The notes: generated by a model not told the origin, from the letters alone. A DNA stretch of 64,000 nt from an uncultured bacterium (GCA_903936775.1 CAIZWU010000201.1:2992-66991), one strand, 5' to 3'; numbered from the stretch's first letter, positions 8,299-16,665 are shown. Numbers and translations: made by a program.

Positions 8299-9951
8299 TT
8301 AACTGTCAGCCATGGTGCTTTCGATGGCTTCGGCGGCGGTAGTGAGACCAGCGAGCACTTTGCGGATGGCGTCTTCGCGAAGGGTGCGCATGCCCAATTC
8401 GCGGGCACGGCGGCGGAGTTGCGGGGTCGAAATCTGCTCGTTGATCATGTGGCGGACCTGATCGTCCACCTTGAAGATTTCCACGATACACATGCGGCCG
8501 CGGTAGCCGGTATTCCGGCATTTGCCGCAACCGACCGGGACCATGATTTTCGAGTCGGACAGGCGGCCGGCATCAAGACCAAGGGCGCGGATTTCCTTGT
8601 CGGTCAATTCGCCCGGTTGTTTGCATTCGGCGCAAAGCTTGCGGACGAGGCGTTGGGCCATCATGGCCCGGACCGCGGTCGCGATCAGGAATGGCTTGAC
8701 CTGCAGGTTGGTCATACGGGCGACGGCACCGGGGGCATCATTGGTGTGGAGCGTGGAGAGCACCAAGTGGCCGGTCAGCGCGGCGTTGATGGCGATCTGA
8801 GCGGTCTCCGGATCCCGGATTTCCCCGATCATGATGATGTTCGGCGCTTGACGCAGCATGGAGCGCAAGGCGGAGGCAAAGGACATGCCGACGTCTTCGC
8901 GGACCGGTACCTGATTGATGCCGCTCAGGGTGTATTCAACCGGGTCTTCCACGGTGATGATCTTGCGGTCGGGCCGGTTCACCGTATTCAAACAGGCATA
9001 CAAGGTGGTTGTTTTCCCGGAACCGGTAGGACCGGTGACGAGAATGATGCCGTCCGGCAGGGCCAGCAATTCGTTGAAATTCGTCAAGTCGTCGCTGTAG
9101 AAGCCAAGGTCGGACAGGCCGAGCAAAATGCTGCTGCGGTCCAAAATACGCATGACGACGCTTTCCCCGTGGCTGGTGGGCACGGTAGAAACACGAAGGT
9201 CGATGTTTTTATTGCCAATTTTGGTTTGGATACGTCCATCCTGAGGGACGCGGCGCTCATCGATGGACATCGCGCCGGTCATGATTTTGATGCGGGCCAG
9301 CATCGGCGCATGCAGGTGTTTCGGGTGGGAGGCCACTTCCTGAAGCACCCCGTCGATGCGGTAACGGACCCGCAGTCGCTTATCCATGGGTTCCACGTGA
9401 ATGTCGGACGCACGGTTGGTGACGGCTTCGGTCAACATTTCCATCACCAGACGGATGATCGGGGCATCATCCTCGCCCGCCACTTCGCCAGACATGGTGG
9501 CGATTTCCTTTTCCTTCTCCACTCCGTAGACGTCCGTGATGAAGGCCTCGATCTGCGATTTTTGTGCGCAGTAGAAATCGAGGGGATAGGTGGACAGGAG
9601 GTGAGGCAGGCTGTCCATCGCCTCAAAATCCATCGGATCGGCCACGGCGAGCACGAGACGTCCATTGTCCAGTCCCACCGGAATCACATTATATTTGGCG
9701 GCGATGTCCGGCGTCACCTGTTCAAGGACAAACGGATCGGGGACAAACCCCGCGAGGTCCACAAATTCCATGCCGGCATCCACCGCCATGGTTTGGGCTA
9801 CAATATCTTCAGACACCCGCCTATTTTCGACCAGAAAGTCGAGCGTAGTCTGGGTGCCACGTTTAGCGGCGCTGGCCTGGACGATGTTGTCCGGCGTAAT
9901 ATGGCCGGCGTCCTGCAAGAGTTCGAGTAAGTGGTCTTCGTTGGAATACAC
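8299..9951 (-). CDS. gspE: type II secretion ATPase GspE/PilB-type (copy 2, tandem paralog)
   Basis: 550 aa. Walker A is GPTGSGKTTTLYA, followed by IMIGEIRD, and the tetracysteine motif is CAEC...CGKC. The GTG start at 9951 is preceded on the minus strand by AAGGAGAATTTACC (Shine-Dalgarno-like). Confidence 0.9.
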   Translation of the reverse strand: MYSNEDHLLELLQDAGHITPDNIVQASAAKRGTQTTLDFLVENRRVSEDIVAQTMAVDAGMEFVDLAGFVPDPFVLEQVTPDIAAKYNVIPVGLDNGRLVLAVADPMDFEAMDSLPHLLSTYPLDFYCAQKSQIEAFITDVYGVEKEKEIATMSGEVAGEDDAPIIRLVMEMLTEAVTNRASDIHVEPMDKRLRVRYRIDGVLQEVASHPKHLHAPMLARIKIMTGAMSIDERRVPQDGRIQTKIGNKNIDLRVSTVPTSHGESVVMRILDRSSILLGLSDLGFYSDDLTNFNELLALPDGIILVTGPTGSGKTTTLYACLNTVNRPDRKIITVEDPVEYTLSGINQVPVREDVGMSFASALRSMLRQAPNIIMIGEIRDPETAQIAINAALTGHLVLSTLHTNDAPGAVARMTNLQVKPFLIATAVRAMMAQRLVRKLCAECKQPGELTDKEIRALGLDAGRLSDSKIMVPVGCGKCRNTGYRGRMCIVEIFKVDDQVRHMINEQISTPQLRRRARELGMRTLREDAIRKVLAGLTTAAEAIESTMADS

Positions 9952-9981
9952 GGTAAATTCTCCTTAAAGGATGGGTGTTTG

Positions 9982-9999
9982 CCTGATGCTGGCATCAGG
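9982..9999. promoter_or_regulatory. perfect 8+8 inverted repeat CCTGATGC-TG-GCATCAGG in an AT-rich leader upstream of the gspE operon
   Basis: Read directly from the sequence. It lies ~30 nt upstream of the GTG start of gspE copy 2 and ~80 nt downstream of the nitroreductase stop. No U-tract follows on either strand, so it is either an operator-like palindrome or an RNA stem. Confidence 0.25.
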
Positions 10000-10080
10000 T
10001 GCAAGTCTTGAATGGCTTATTTTTAAATCTCTTTGATTTCCGGGGATGGAAGATTAATCCAGCGTGAAATCTTTCCGAAT

Positions 10081-10734
10081 TCAAATGTATTCGATGACTT
10101 CTGCGGCTGGCCAGCGCACTTTTGGGGCATCTGCATATTTATCCGAGGCGGATCGGTAACCGACCGGACAAAGCACGGCGGCCTTCAGTCCCCGTTCCGG
10201 CAGGCCCAGTTCGGTATTCAGGGCATCAGGAACGAACCCTTCCATCGGGCAGGCGTCCACGCCGAGGAGCGCGGCACTCAGCATGAGCTGGCCAAGGGCG
10301 ATGTAAGCTTGCCGGGCCGCCCATTCGGGCAGCACCGCTCCGATGGGGCCATCGCCGAGGACACTGCCGGCGATGATATCCCGGTAACCCTTGAGGGCTT
10401 CTTCCGAAGCGCCGCGCAGGGCTGCGGTCAATCCGATGAATTTGTCAATATAGGCGGCATCCATCTCCTGTTTGGCGCAGAGGACCACCAGATGCGAGCA
10501 ATCCGTCACTTGGCTCTGGCCCCAGCAGTGGGGACGCAGGCGCTCCTTCACCTCCTGCGAGGTGATGACAAGAAACTTCCAAGGCTGAAGGCCGAAAGAG
10601 GATGGCGTGAGGATCAGCGACTCCTCAAGGGACGCCCAAAGGTCTTCCGGGATTCTGCGCGAGCTGTCGAAGGCTTTGGTCGCGTAGCGCCAATTCAGGG
10701 CGGCGAGGAGGGTTTCAGGCGGGATAGTGGACAT
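10081..10734 (-). CDS. oxygen-insensitive NAD(P)H nitroreductase (NfsB/FRase I-like)
   Basis: MSTIPPETLLAALNWRYATKAFD... parallels the NfsB N-terminus (ALKRHSTKAFD). Other matching blocks are QPWKFLVI, HLVVLCAK, GVDACPMEGF and CPVGYRS. The start is moved to the ATG at 10734, because the 21 upstream codons of the ORF look non-coding. Confidence 0.85.
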   Translation of the reverse strand: MSTIPPETLLAALNWRYATKAFDSSRRIPEDLWASLEESLILTPSSFGLQPWKFLVITSQEVKERLRPHCWGQSQVTDCSHLVVLCAKQEMDAAYIDKFIGLTAALRGASEEALKGYRDIIAGSVLGDGPIGAVLPEWAARQAYIALGQLMLSAALLGVDACPMEGFVPDALNTELGLPERGLKAAVLCPVGYRSASDKYADAPKVRWPAAEVIEYI

Positions 10735-10888
10735 AAACGAACCCCGTCCTAAGCGGAAAGCCGTGGATACGCAACTGCCGTGGTGAGGCAAAATCACCTC
10801 ACGCCCGGGGTGGGCCGGCCCATCCGCCTGCCGTTACCCTTTGAAAAAGCGGATCGATCAAGTGTGGAAGTCACACTAATGCGCCTCC

Positions 10889-11197
10889 ATGCCACAAATT
10901 TATCAGTACGTGAAGCTAGCGCTGAGGGTCGATGCCGTGGTGTTTGGCCTTGATGGGTGCGAACTGAAGGTCTTGGGGGATAAAAAGCGGTTTGGAGCCT
11001 CTCAGGGGGCGGTGGGTGCTGCCGGGTGGATTTTTCCAGGAGGGTGAAACGCTGGATGAAGCCGTGGCCCGGGAATGGGGGGTGAGGTGGCAATGGCAGG
11101 CCACGGATCACCCGGACGGAACGGATGCGTCACAGATGCAGTTGAGTTTTGCATGTGCCCGTGGGGAGCAGGGGGCATTTTTCCCAATCCGGGTTGA
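10889..11197 (+). pseudogene. Nudix hydrolase remnant (frameshifted and truncated)
   Basis: Frame A from the ATG at 10889 reads MPQIYQYVKLALRVDAVVFGLDGCELKVLGDKKR... and hits TGA at 11045-11047. The Nudix box start (RGRWVLPGGFFQEGETLDEAVARE, i.e. GX5EX7RE) lies in a different frame (ORF 10992..). The shift maps to the A5 run at 10982-10986. After RE the REUXEE glutamate pair is not recoverable in any frame, and a G-run at 11077-11082 is a likely second lesion. Total length is too short for a Nudix fold. Confidence 0.45.
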
Positions 11198-11284
11198 TTC
11201 GTCCTATCAGTGGGGTCCCCTCCTGCTTTTCAGGTTTGTGCCCATCGTTCCTGTGGTGGGCTCCGTGGATCAGGTCGGGTGCTG

Positions 11285-12562
11285 CTATTTGCCGATGCAC
11301 CAGAGGTGGGCATGGGTGCGGATGAAGATCTGACCATCGCTGACGGCGTGGGAGGCATTGGTCAGGCCGTCGCCCAGCGGATTGAGGGCGAGCTGTTCAA
11401 ACTTCGGAGCGGCCCGCAGGACGAAGGTATCGCCATTCTGATTCAGCATGTAGAGCCGGTCGCCGGAGAGGACCACGGAGGACCACGACTCGGAGCGGGC
11501 GGTGCTGGCTTTGAGCCGCTCCTTCCAAATGCTTTGGCCGGTCTTGAGTTCGACACATTGAGCGATGCCGTTTGAATTCATGATGTAGATGTGGCCGTCT
11601 TTGATGACCCCGGAGCCGATGTGCCCGCTGTCGCGCAACTCCTGCCAGAGCCGGTGGGTGCTGGTGACGTCGCCGCTGCCGCCGGGACGGACCGCGACGG
11701 TGCTGCCGCTGAAGCCGCCCATGGCGACGACCACGCCTTCCCCAAAGAGGGTGGTGCTGTAGACCAGGGGATTCAGTCCATCGCAGTGCCAGAGGGACTG
11801 GCCGGTTTTGGGATCATAACTGCGGACCTGCTGGGGCCAGGACATGATGAGTTCCTCGCGGTTCCCGGTATTGATGAGCAGGGGCAGACTCCACGAGCCG
11901 ACCACGCCATCCTTGGCGCCGAAGCCATCATTGCGGGGCAGGGTGACCTCCAATCTGCCAGGCTCCTGCCGCCAGGCCTCGCGGCCGGTGCGCTTGTCCA
12001 CCGCGAGCAGAAAGGTGCGGGGGCCGGGGCCAAAGTTGAGATAACACAGGTCTCCGTGCAGGACCGGACCGGCGGAATAGCCCCACTCGTGCCGGTGCTC
12101 GCCGAGATCGCGGTGCCAGAGTTGCTGGCCGGCCTGATCAAAACAATACAGACCCGCAGAGCCGAACCAGGCGTAGACGCGCTCGCCGTCGGTCACGGGG
12201 GAGGCGGAGCAATAGGGATTGGTGTCATGGCTGGGCTCCGGCGCGACGCCAGTGGCCCCGGCCCGCCAGAGTTCCTTCCCGTCCTGACGCGAGTAGCAAA
12301 TGATGAACCGCCCATTGCCGACGGCCTGGGTGATGAAGATGCGGTCGCCGTGGACGACCGGCGTGGAATTTCCCCGCTCCGGGAGGGCCGTTTTCCACTT
12401 CACGTTGGTGGTGGCGTTCCAAGTGAGGGGGAGATCGGTTTCGCTGGAAATGCCGGAGCCATCAGCTCCCCGCCAGCCGGGCCATGGGGCGCTGAGGCCG
12501 GAGGAGGTGAGGAGGAAGAGCAGACCGGAGGAGTAGAGGACGGAGCGCAGGGCAGGGGACAT
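11285..12562 (-). CDS. secreted PQQ-like beta-propeller repeat protein
   Basis: 425 aa with a signal peptide (LLFLLTSSGLSAP). It carries the WPGWRG motif and a recurring propeller repeat ending in (D/T)G(x)xxW: DGKELWR, AGQQLWH, TGREAWR, TGQSLWH, TGQSIWK. Confidence 0.85.
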   Translation of the reverse strand: MSPALRSVLYSSGLLFLLTSSGLSAPWPGWRGADGSGISSETDLPLTWNATTNVKWKTALPERGNSTPVVHGDRIFITQAVGNGRFIICYSRQDGKELWRAGATGVAPEPSHDTNPYCSASPVTDGERVYAWFGSAGLYCFDQAGQQLWHRDLGEHRHEWGYSAGPVLHGDLCYLNFGPGPRTFLLAVDKRTGREAWRQEPGRLEVTLPRNDGFGAKDGVVGSWSLPLLINTGNREELIMSWPQQVRSYDPKTGQSLWHCDGLNPLVYSTTLFGEGVVVAMGGFSGSTVAVRPGGSGDVTSTHRLWQELRDSGHIGSGVIKDGHIYIMNSNGIAQCVELKTGQSIWKERLKASTARSESWSSVVLSGDRLYMLNQNGDTFVLRAAPKFEQLALNPLGDGLTNASHAVSDGQIFIRTHAHLWCIGK

Positions 12563-12806
12563 GGGAGGAGTCAGGGTGAGAGGTGGATCATGGTGAGGGT
12601 GAGGGCCCGGGCGGCAGGCCAGGGAGGGAGGGATTCACGGGAGATTGATACGGGCCAATGGGGTGGATGAATCTTTCCTTTTGCAGGAAAAATGCAGGCG
12701 ACTGATCCCGCCGGCAAGGCTCCCGGCGGTAAAGGTGGTGGGGGCTGGCGTCCCCAAGGCCATCCGGACCGCCGGAACCGGAAAGCGGTTGCGGCGCAGG
12801 CCGACT

Positions 12807-13985
12807 TTATTCCAGGCGGTAGAGGTGCACCGCGTAGGGGGCAAAGGAATCCTTGAAGGTCCGGTCCGCCACCTCCAACTGGCGGGATTCCTCCAGGACC
12901 CGGGCCCTGGTGGCGGTGGCGTTTTTCAGGGTGAAAGCGGCAGTGGTTGGTTCCGGGGTCAGATTCACCGCGAAGACACAGGTGGTGCCCCGGGATTCCT
13001 TGAGCACGGCGATGACCGGGGAGCCGGCTGCACTGCTCACGGTGGTGAGGGCATCCGGCAGGGAAGGACCGTTGAGGAAGGGGGCCAGTTCCTTGATCTG
13101 CCGGTTGATGGCGGTGACGGCGGTCAGCATTTCCGGATCACTGAGCAGGGCGGACTCCTTGAAGACGGGCTTGAACTGATGGACAAAATAAATGAGACCG
13201 CGCGACCCGCGGATCAGGGCCATCCAGATTTCGGAACGCACCTGCGCCGGGGTGGCCTTGCGCCCGATGCCGTCAATGTCGGTGCATTCGATGCAGTTCC
13301 ACACGGGCTTTTTTCCCTCCGTCCATTGGGTGAGCCGCTCCACCCCGCGGGCGACAAACTCCAGTTTTCCTGACACTTCCTGGGACTGATGCACCACGGG
13401 ATAAATGTCGAACGAGGCGATGTCGCAGCCTTGGAGGTAACTGGCATAATCCTCCGGATGATTGCGCCGGACGCCCCGGCCGATGTAATTGTCGAAGGCG
13501 ACGCCCTGACCGAGATTGAGGAGGACGGGCCGGCTGGGATCAGCCTCGCGGAGGCGGGTGTAATCCTGTACGATCGCTTCCGGCAGGATGGGTGGGCCAT
13601 AGCCTTTGCCGCCCGGAAGGGCCTGGGCATTGTCAGGCTCATCGCCATGCATCCAGGCGGCAATGATGGGATTGCTGCGGTGGGCGAGGCCGGTGGCGCT
13701 CTGATCGCAGATGACGGGCATGCCCGTTTTGGTGAGGGTCTCCAGTTGAGGTTCCGTGGGCCCCTTCCAGAGCCCGACATAAAGATTGATCCCTGCGGCC
13801 TGATAACGCGGCGCATTCCGGGGATCCTGCAGCCACACCGCCATAGGGAAAAAGGCCTCGTCGGCCGGGTGGCCGGAGGCAGTTAAGATCCGGCCTGGCA
13901 GGACTGCTGGAGCTTCGTCCGCTTGCTGGGCCATGATCCAGGAAAAAGGCAGAAGAACCGACAGGAGGAGGAACGGGGCTTTCAT
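12807..13985 (-). CDS. secreted protein, possible TIM-barrel glycoside-hydrolase-like enzyme
   Basis: 392 aa with a signal peptide (MKAPFLLLSVLLPFSWIMAQQ). An alternating beta/alpha-like pattern and an acidic HGDEPD block are reminiscent of clan GH-A acid/base regions. The functional call is weak. Confidence 0.7.
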   Translation of the reverse strand: MKAPFLLLSVLLPFSWIMAQQADEAPAVLPGRILTASGHPADEAFFPMAVWLQDPRNAPRYQAAGINLYVGLWKGPTEPQLETLTKTGMPVICDQSATGLAHRSNPIIAAWMHGDEPDNAQALPGGKGYGPPILPEAIVQDYTRLREADPSRPVLLNLGQGVAFDNYIGRGVRRNHPEDYASYLQGCDIASFDIYPVVHQSQEVSGKLEFVARGVERLTQWTEGKKPVWNCIECTDIDGIGRKATPAQVRSEIWMALIRGSRGLIYFVHQFKPVFKESALLSDPEMLTAVTAINRQIKELAPFLNGPSLPDALTTVSSAAGSPVIAVLKESRGTTCVFAVNLTPEPTTAAFTLKNATATRARVLEESRQLEVADRTFKDSFAPYAVHLYRLE

Positions 13986-14140
13986 ATCCCGGAGGATGCG
14001 GCAAAAGCCGTTGCCAAGTCAACTGCCGTGCGGCGGCCGATGCGGGGAACGAGGGGCGCGGACTGGCCATCCTGACGCCTTTCGCCGGACCCACTCCCCG
14101 TTCCTGGCCCCGGCCGCCGTTTCTGCCAATAAAGCCCCAT

Positions 14141-14614
14141 CATTCTCCTCTCATACTCTATCCTTCCTTCTCCGCGGCCATCGCGGTCCGTCAGGCCGAT
14201 CAGGCCGCCGCCTTTTATAAAAGGGCGTTTTGAGCCGAAGAACGTTATCGACTGATTGCTCCCGGTAGAGCTTTGGCTGGGCACGCTGAACTCATGATCA
14301 AGGGCGGCCTGCTGATGCTGGCAGACGAGTATCCAGCCTATAACAAATCTCCCGGGACCCCCGGGGGCGCCGCGGTCAAGCTTTGCCTCATGGTGGATGA
14401 CGTCGATGCTGAATAGGCCAAGGCCATCGCGGCGGGGACCGCCGGAATCCGCGCCCCAGCCGATCAGTTCCAAGGCCACCGGTCCGCCTTTCTCCGCGGT
14501 CCCTTCGGCCATGCGTGGACGCTCTCCAAGGAGTTCGAATCCGTCGCCCCTGAGGAAATGCAACGCCGGTGGAACCCCATGGCTGACCCGGATTCGTCCT
14601 GTTTCGAAAGTTAG
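14141..14614 (+). pseudogene. VOC-family (PhnB/glyoxalase-like) pseudogene with two in-frame stops and no start codon
   Basis: Own translation in a single frame: ...LILYPSFSAAIAVRQADQAAAFYKRAF*AEERYRLIAPGRALAGHAELMIKGGLLMLADEYPAYNKSPGTPGGAAVKLCLMVDDVDAE*AKAIAAGTAGIRAPADQFQGHRSAFLRGPFGHAWTLSKEFESVAPEEMQRRW...*. There is a TGA at 14231-14233 where the family has Gly (AFGAEE). There is a TAG at 14414-14416, and the terminal TAG is at 12-14614. No in-frame ATG/GTG/TTG occurs between 13982 and the conserved N-terminus. Confidence 0.6.
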
Positions 14615-14650
14615 GTTCCGGAGGGCCGGCGGGAAATCAGGCAAGGCCGG

Positions 14651-16159
14651 TCATGCCTTGAGGGCCTCCCGGGTGCGGGCGACGAGGGGATTGTCCGGGG
14701 CGCTGGAACCTTTGAGCCAGAAGACACTGGCGGCGAGGAAGCGGTCGCGCACGTCGGGAGAGAGATGGCGGTAGTCCTCGAAGACGGCGGAACTGAACTT
14801 GTAGTCGTGCGAATCCGTGCCTTTCAGATAGATGAGGCGCTGGGCGGCGGCGATGAACGATTTCGCCTCCCCGCCTGACTGCAACCAGGCGAGGGACTGC
14901 TGGGCGGCCTTCATTTTGTCCTGACTGATTTCCGCCAGTAGCGGGTCGAGCGGGGCGCCGGCGGCGGCGGGTTCGAAGGTATCCACGAGGACGCCCTTGT
15001 TGGCTCCGGAAGCCTCGCGGAACAGGGTGAGGAATGAGGCGTTCTGCAGCATGAGAAAGCGGCGGGTGCGGTCGTTGTGACAGTTTTGCCAGGCGTAGTG
15101 CAGTGCGTTGGTGGTGGTGCCGGCGTGGAGTGAAACAATGCCCGGCTTCCGCATCAGCATTTCAGCCGCCGCCTGGAAATAGGAATCCCAGAGAGATTGC
15201 GGATGGGTGCCCCGGTTCAATAATTCCACCACCATGTCCGCGGCCTGCTCCTGGCTGCCCGTGCGGAGCACCGCCAACATTTCCCCGCGGGCCTGGGGGT
15301 TGAGGACTCCGGAAGTCCAGCCGGGCCGGATTTTGTCAGCGAGCGGCCCATTGCGACGTCCCGGCTGGTCGGGCCCGGCATCGCGTTGGGCGGGGTTGCC
15401 CTCCTCGTGTTCGAGCAGGGCATAGGCGAGGGAACGCAGCACGGGTTCGGCATGGTGCCAGCCCATGGTTTGCAGGGCCCGCCAACTGTTGGCGACATAA
15501 ATTGCCTTGTGCCCGATATCGCGGAAGTCGCGGGCTCCATAAAGACAGAACCAATCGAACACTTCCTGGGCGCCGGCGGACCGCGCGAGGCCGGTCACGG
15601 CCACATCCACCCGGGCGGCATCCCACTGGTCCATGGCTTCGGTGAAGGCCTCGCGGGCTTTACTGGCTTCCGGCACGGCTTTTTCGTCCACCGCACTCAT
15701 GGTCCAGTCGCCTTCCTGGACATCCCGGGCCTGTGAGGATTTGAATTGATCCAATGCCCAGAACAGGGGCAGCCAGCGGTCGGAATCCGGGGAATTCAGG
15801 CTGGCCAGATGGGCGGAATGCACCACGAGGACGGCATGGAACTTGAAGCCTACCGGGCGCGGCTGGATGTTGCGGATGCCCGCCAACAACAAGGCCGTGA
15901 GTACATCGCGGTAGGGCAGGTCACCCCGCTTGATGCCGGCTCCGACCTTCTCCAGCAGCTGGTCCCGGGGAGTCTCCTCAAGGAGCTTTACGAGGGGTTC
16001 GATTTCCGGGGAGAACCGCACCGAAGCGGGGTTGACCTGCGCTTCCTGAGCGGACACCTGCGGCAGCCGTCCCATGAACGGGAGGCCGGATTGATCGATC
16101 AAGGCGCTGGACCCAACGATCGTTTGCAGAAAGCGGCGGCGGGGCAGGGAGGGAAACAT
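14651..16159 (-). CDS. Tat-signal exported protein of unknown function
   Basis: 502 aa with a twin-arginine leader MFPSLPRRRFLQTIVGSSAL. The composition is ordinary and protein-like, with no motif I recognise. It lies 92 nt downstream of the Rrf2 regulator on the same strand. Confidence 0.85.
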   Translation of the reverse strand: MFPSLPRRRFLQTIVGSSALIDQSGLPFMGRLPQVSAQEAQVNPASVRFSPEIEPLVKLLEETPRDQLLEKVGAGIKRGDLPYRDVLTALLLAGIRNIQPRPVGFKFHAVLVVHSAHLASLNSPDSDRWLPLFWALDQFKSSQARDVQEGDWTMSAVDEKAVPEASKAREAFTEAMDQWDAARVDVAVTGLARSAGAQEVFDWFCLYGARDFRDIGHKAIYVANSWRALQTMGWHHAEPVLRSLAYALLEHEEGNPAQRDAGPDQPGRRNGPLADKIRPGWTSGVLNPQARGEMLAVLRTGSQEQAADMVVELLNRGTHPQSLWDSYFQAAAEMLMRKPGIVSLHAGTTTNALHYAWQNCHNDRTRRFLMLQNASFLTLFREASGANKGVLVDTFEPAAAGAPLDPLLAEISQDKMKAAQQSLAWLQSGGEAKSFIAAAQRLIYLKGTDSHDYKFSSAVFEDYRHLSPDVRDRFLAASVFWLKGSSAPDNPLVARTREALKA

Positions 16160-16251
16160 GGCGCAGTTTTACTTCCGATGGCGTGGGGAAGGAAGGCAAA
16201 ACGTCCAAGGTTGCGCGCGTGCCAAGGGGGCAGCATCTCCGGAGCGGTAGC

Positions 16252-16665
16252 TTAAATATCGAAATGCATACTTCCCCCCGATTCGCGCGCCAGCACGTCC
16301 GCGAGGGACAGGCTGTCGAGATGATGATTCACCAGCACAGTGAGGTCGGAAAAGCAGGCCCGTAGACCAGGGCCCAGCTCAGCGGGGTTTTCTCCGATCG
16401 GTAAGAACGGTCCATCCACGGCACGGAGGATGTCCCCGAGGCTGATATTGCCAGGAGGGCGCGTCAGATGGTAGCCCCCCCCCACGCCGCGTTTACTGTG
16501 GAGCAGGTCGGCTTTTTTCAGGACGAGGAGGATTTGTTCGAGCACTTTAGGGGGCAGTCCCTCGGAGGCAGAAAGTTCCTCGATCTGGGAAACCGTCTGG
16601 GCCGGCCGACGGGCCATGGCAGCAAGGGCACGGAGCGCATACTCGGCGCGTTTGGAAAGTCGCAT
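16252..16665 (-). CDS. Rrf2-family transcriptional regulator
   Basis: MRLSKRAEYALRALAAMARRP...VSQIEELSASEGLPPKVLEQILLVLKKADLLHSKRGVGGGYHL is a typical Rrf2 winged HTH. Start set at the ATG at 16665, because the 45 upstream ORF codons are Pro/Ser-rich junk. There is only one Cys, so no IscR/NsrR-type three-Cys cluster ligand set. Confidence 0.9.
   Translation of the reverse strand: MRLSKRAEYALRALAAMARRPAQTVSQIEELSASEGLPPKVLEQILLVLKKADLLHSKRGVGGGYHLTRPPGNISLGDILRAVDGPFLPIGENPAELGPGLRACFSDLTVLVNHHLDSLSLADVLARESGGSMHFDI

Noticed and set aside
7702-9930. 742-aa plus-strand ORF opposite the gspE genes. Similar cases are 6547-7695 and 5514-6470.
   Set aside because: It is co-extensive with confidently identified minus-strand genes. 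Its composition is low-complexity and G/D/A/R/H-rich, with no domain signature. This is an antisense artefact.
14231-14233. Possible UGA-to-Gly recoding (genetic code 25), because the TGA sits at a conserved Gly position of the VOC gene.
   Set aside because: Many confident genes in the window terminate at TGA, including coupled ATGA/TGATG junctions at 4517, 29528, 45688 and 51776. The same gene also has an in-frame TAG and no start codon. Simple pseudogenisation explains all of this.
14520-14560. tRNA-like T-loop string GAGTTCGAATCCGTC.
   Set aside because: The flanking bases do not form a T-stem (AGGAG versus CCGTC), and no acceptor or anticodon arms can be drawn. It lies inside the VOC reading frame, so the match is chance.
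13982-14644. 220-aa minus-strand ORF that an automated caller would likely annotate as a hypothetical protein.
   Set aside because: The opposite strand carries a clearly recognisable, though broken, VOC/PhnB-like reading frame. The minus ORF is Gly/Arg/Pro-rich and featureless.
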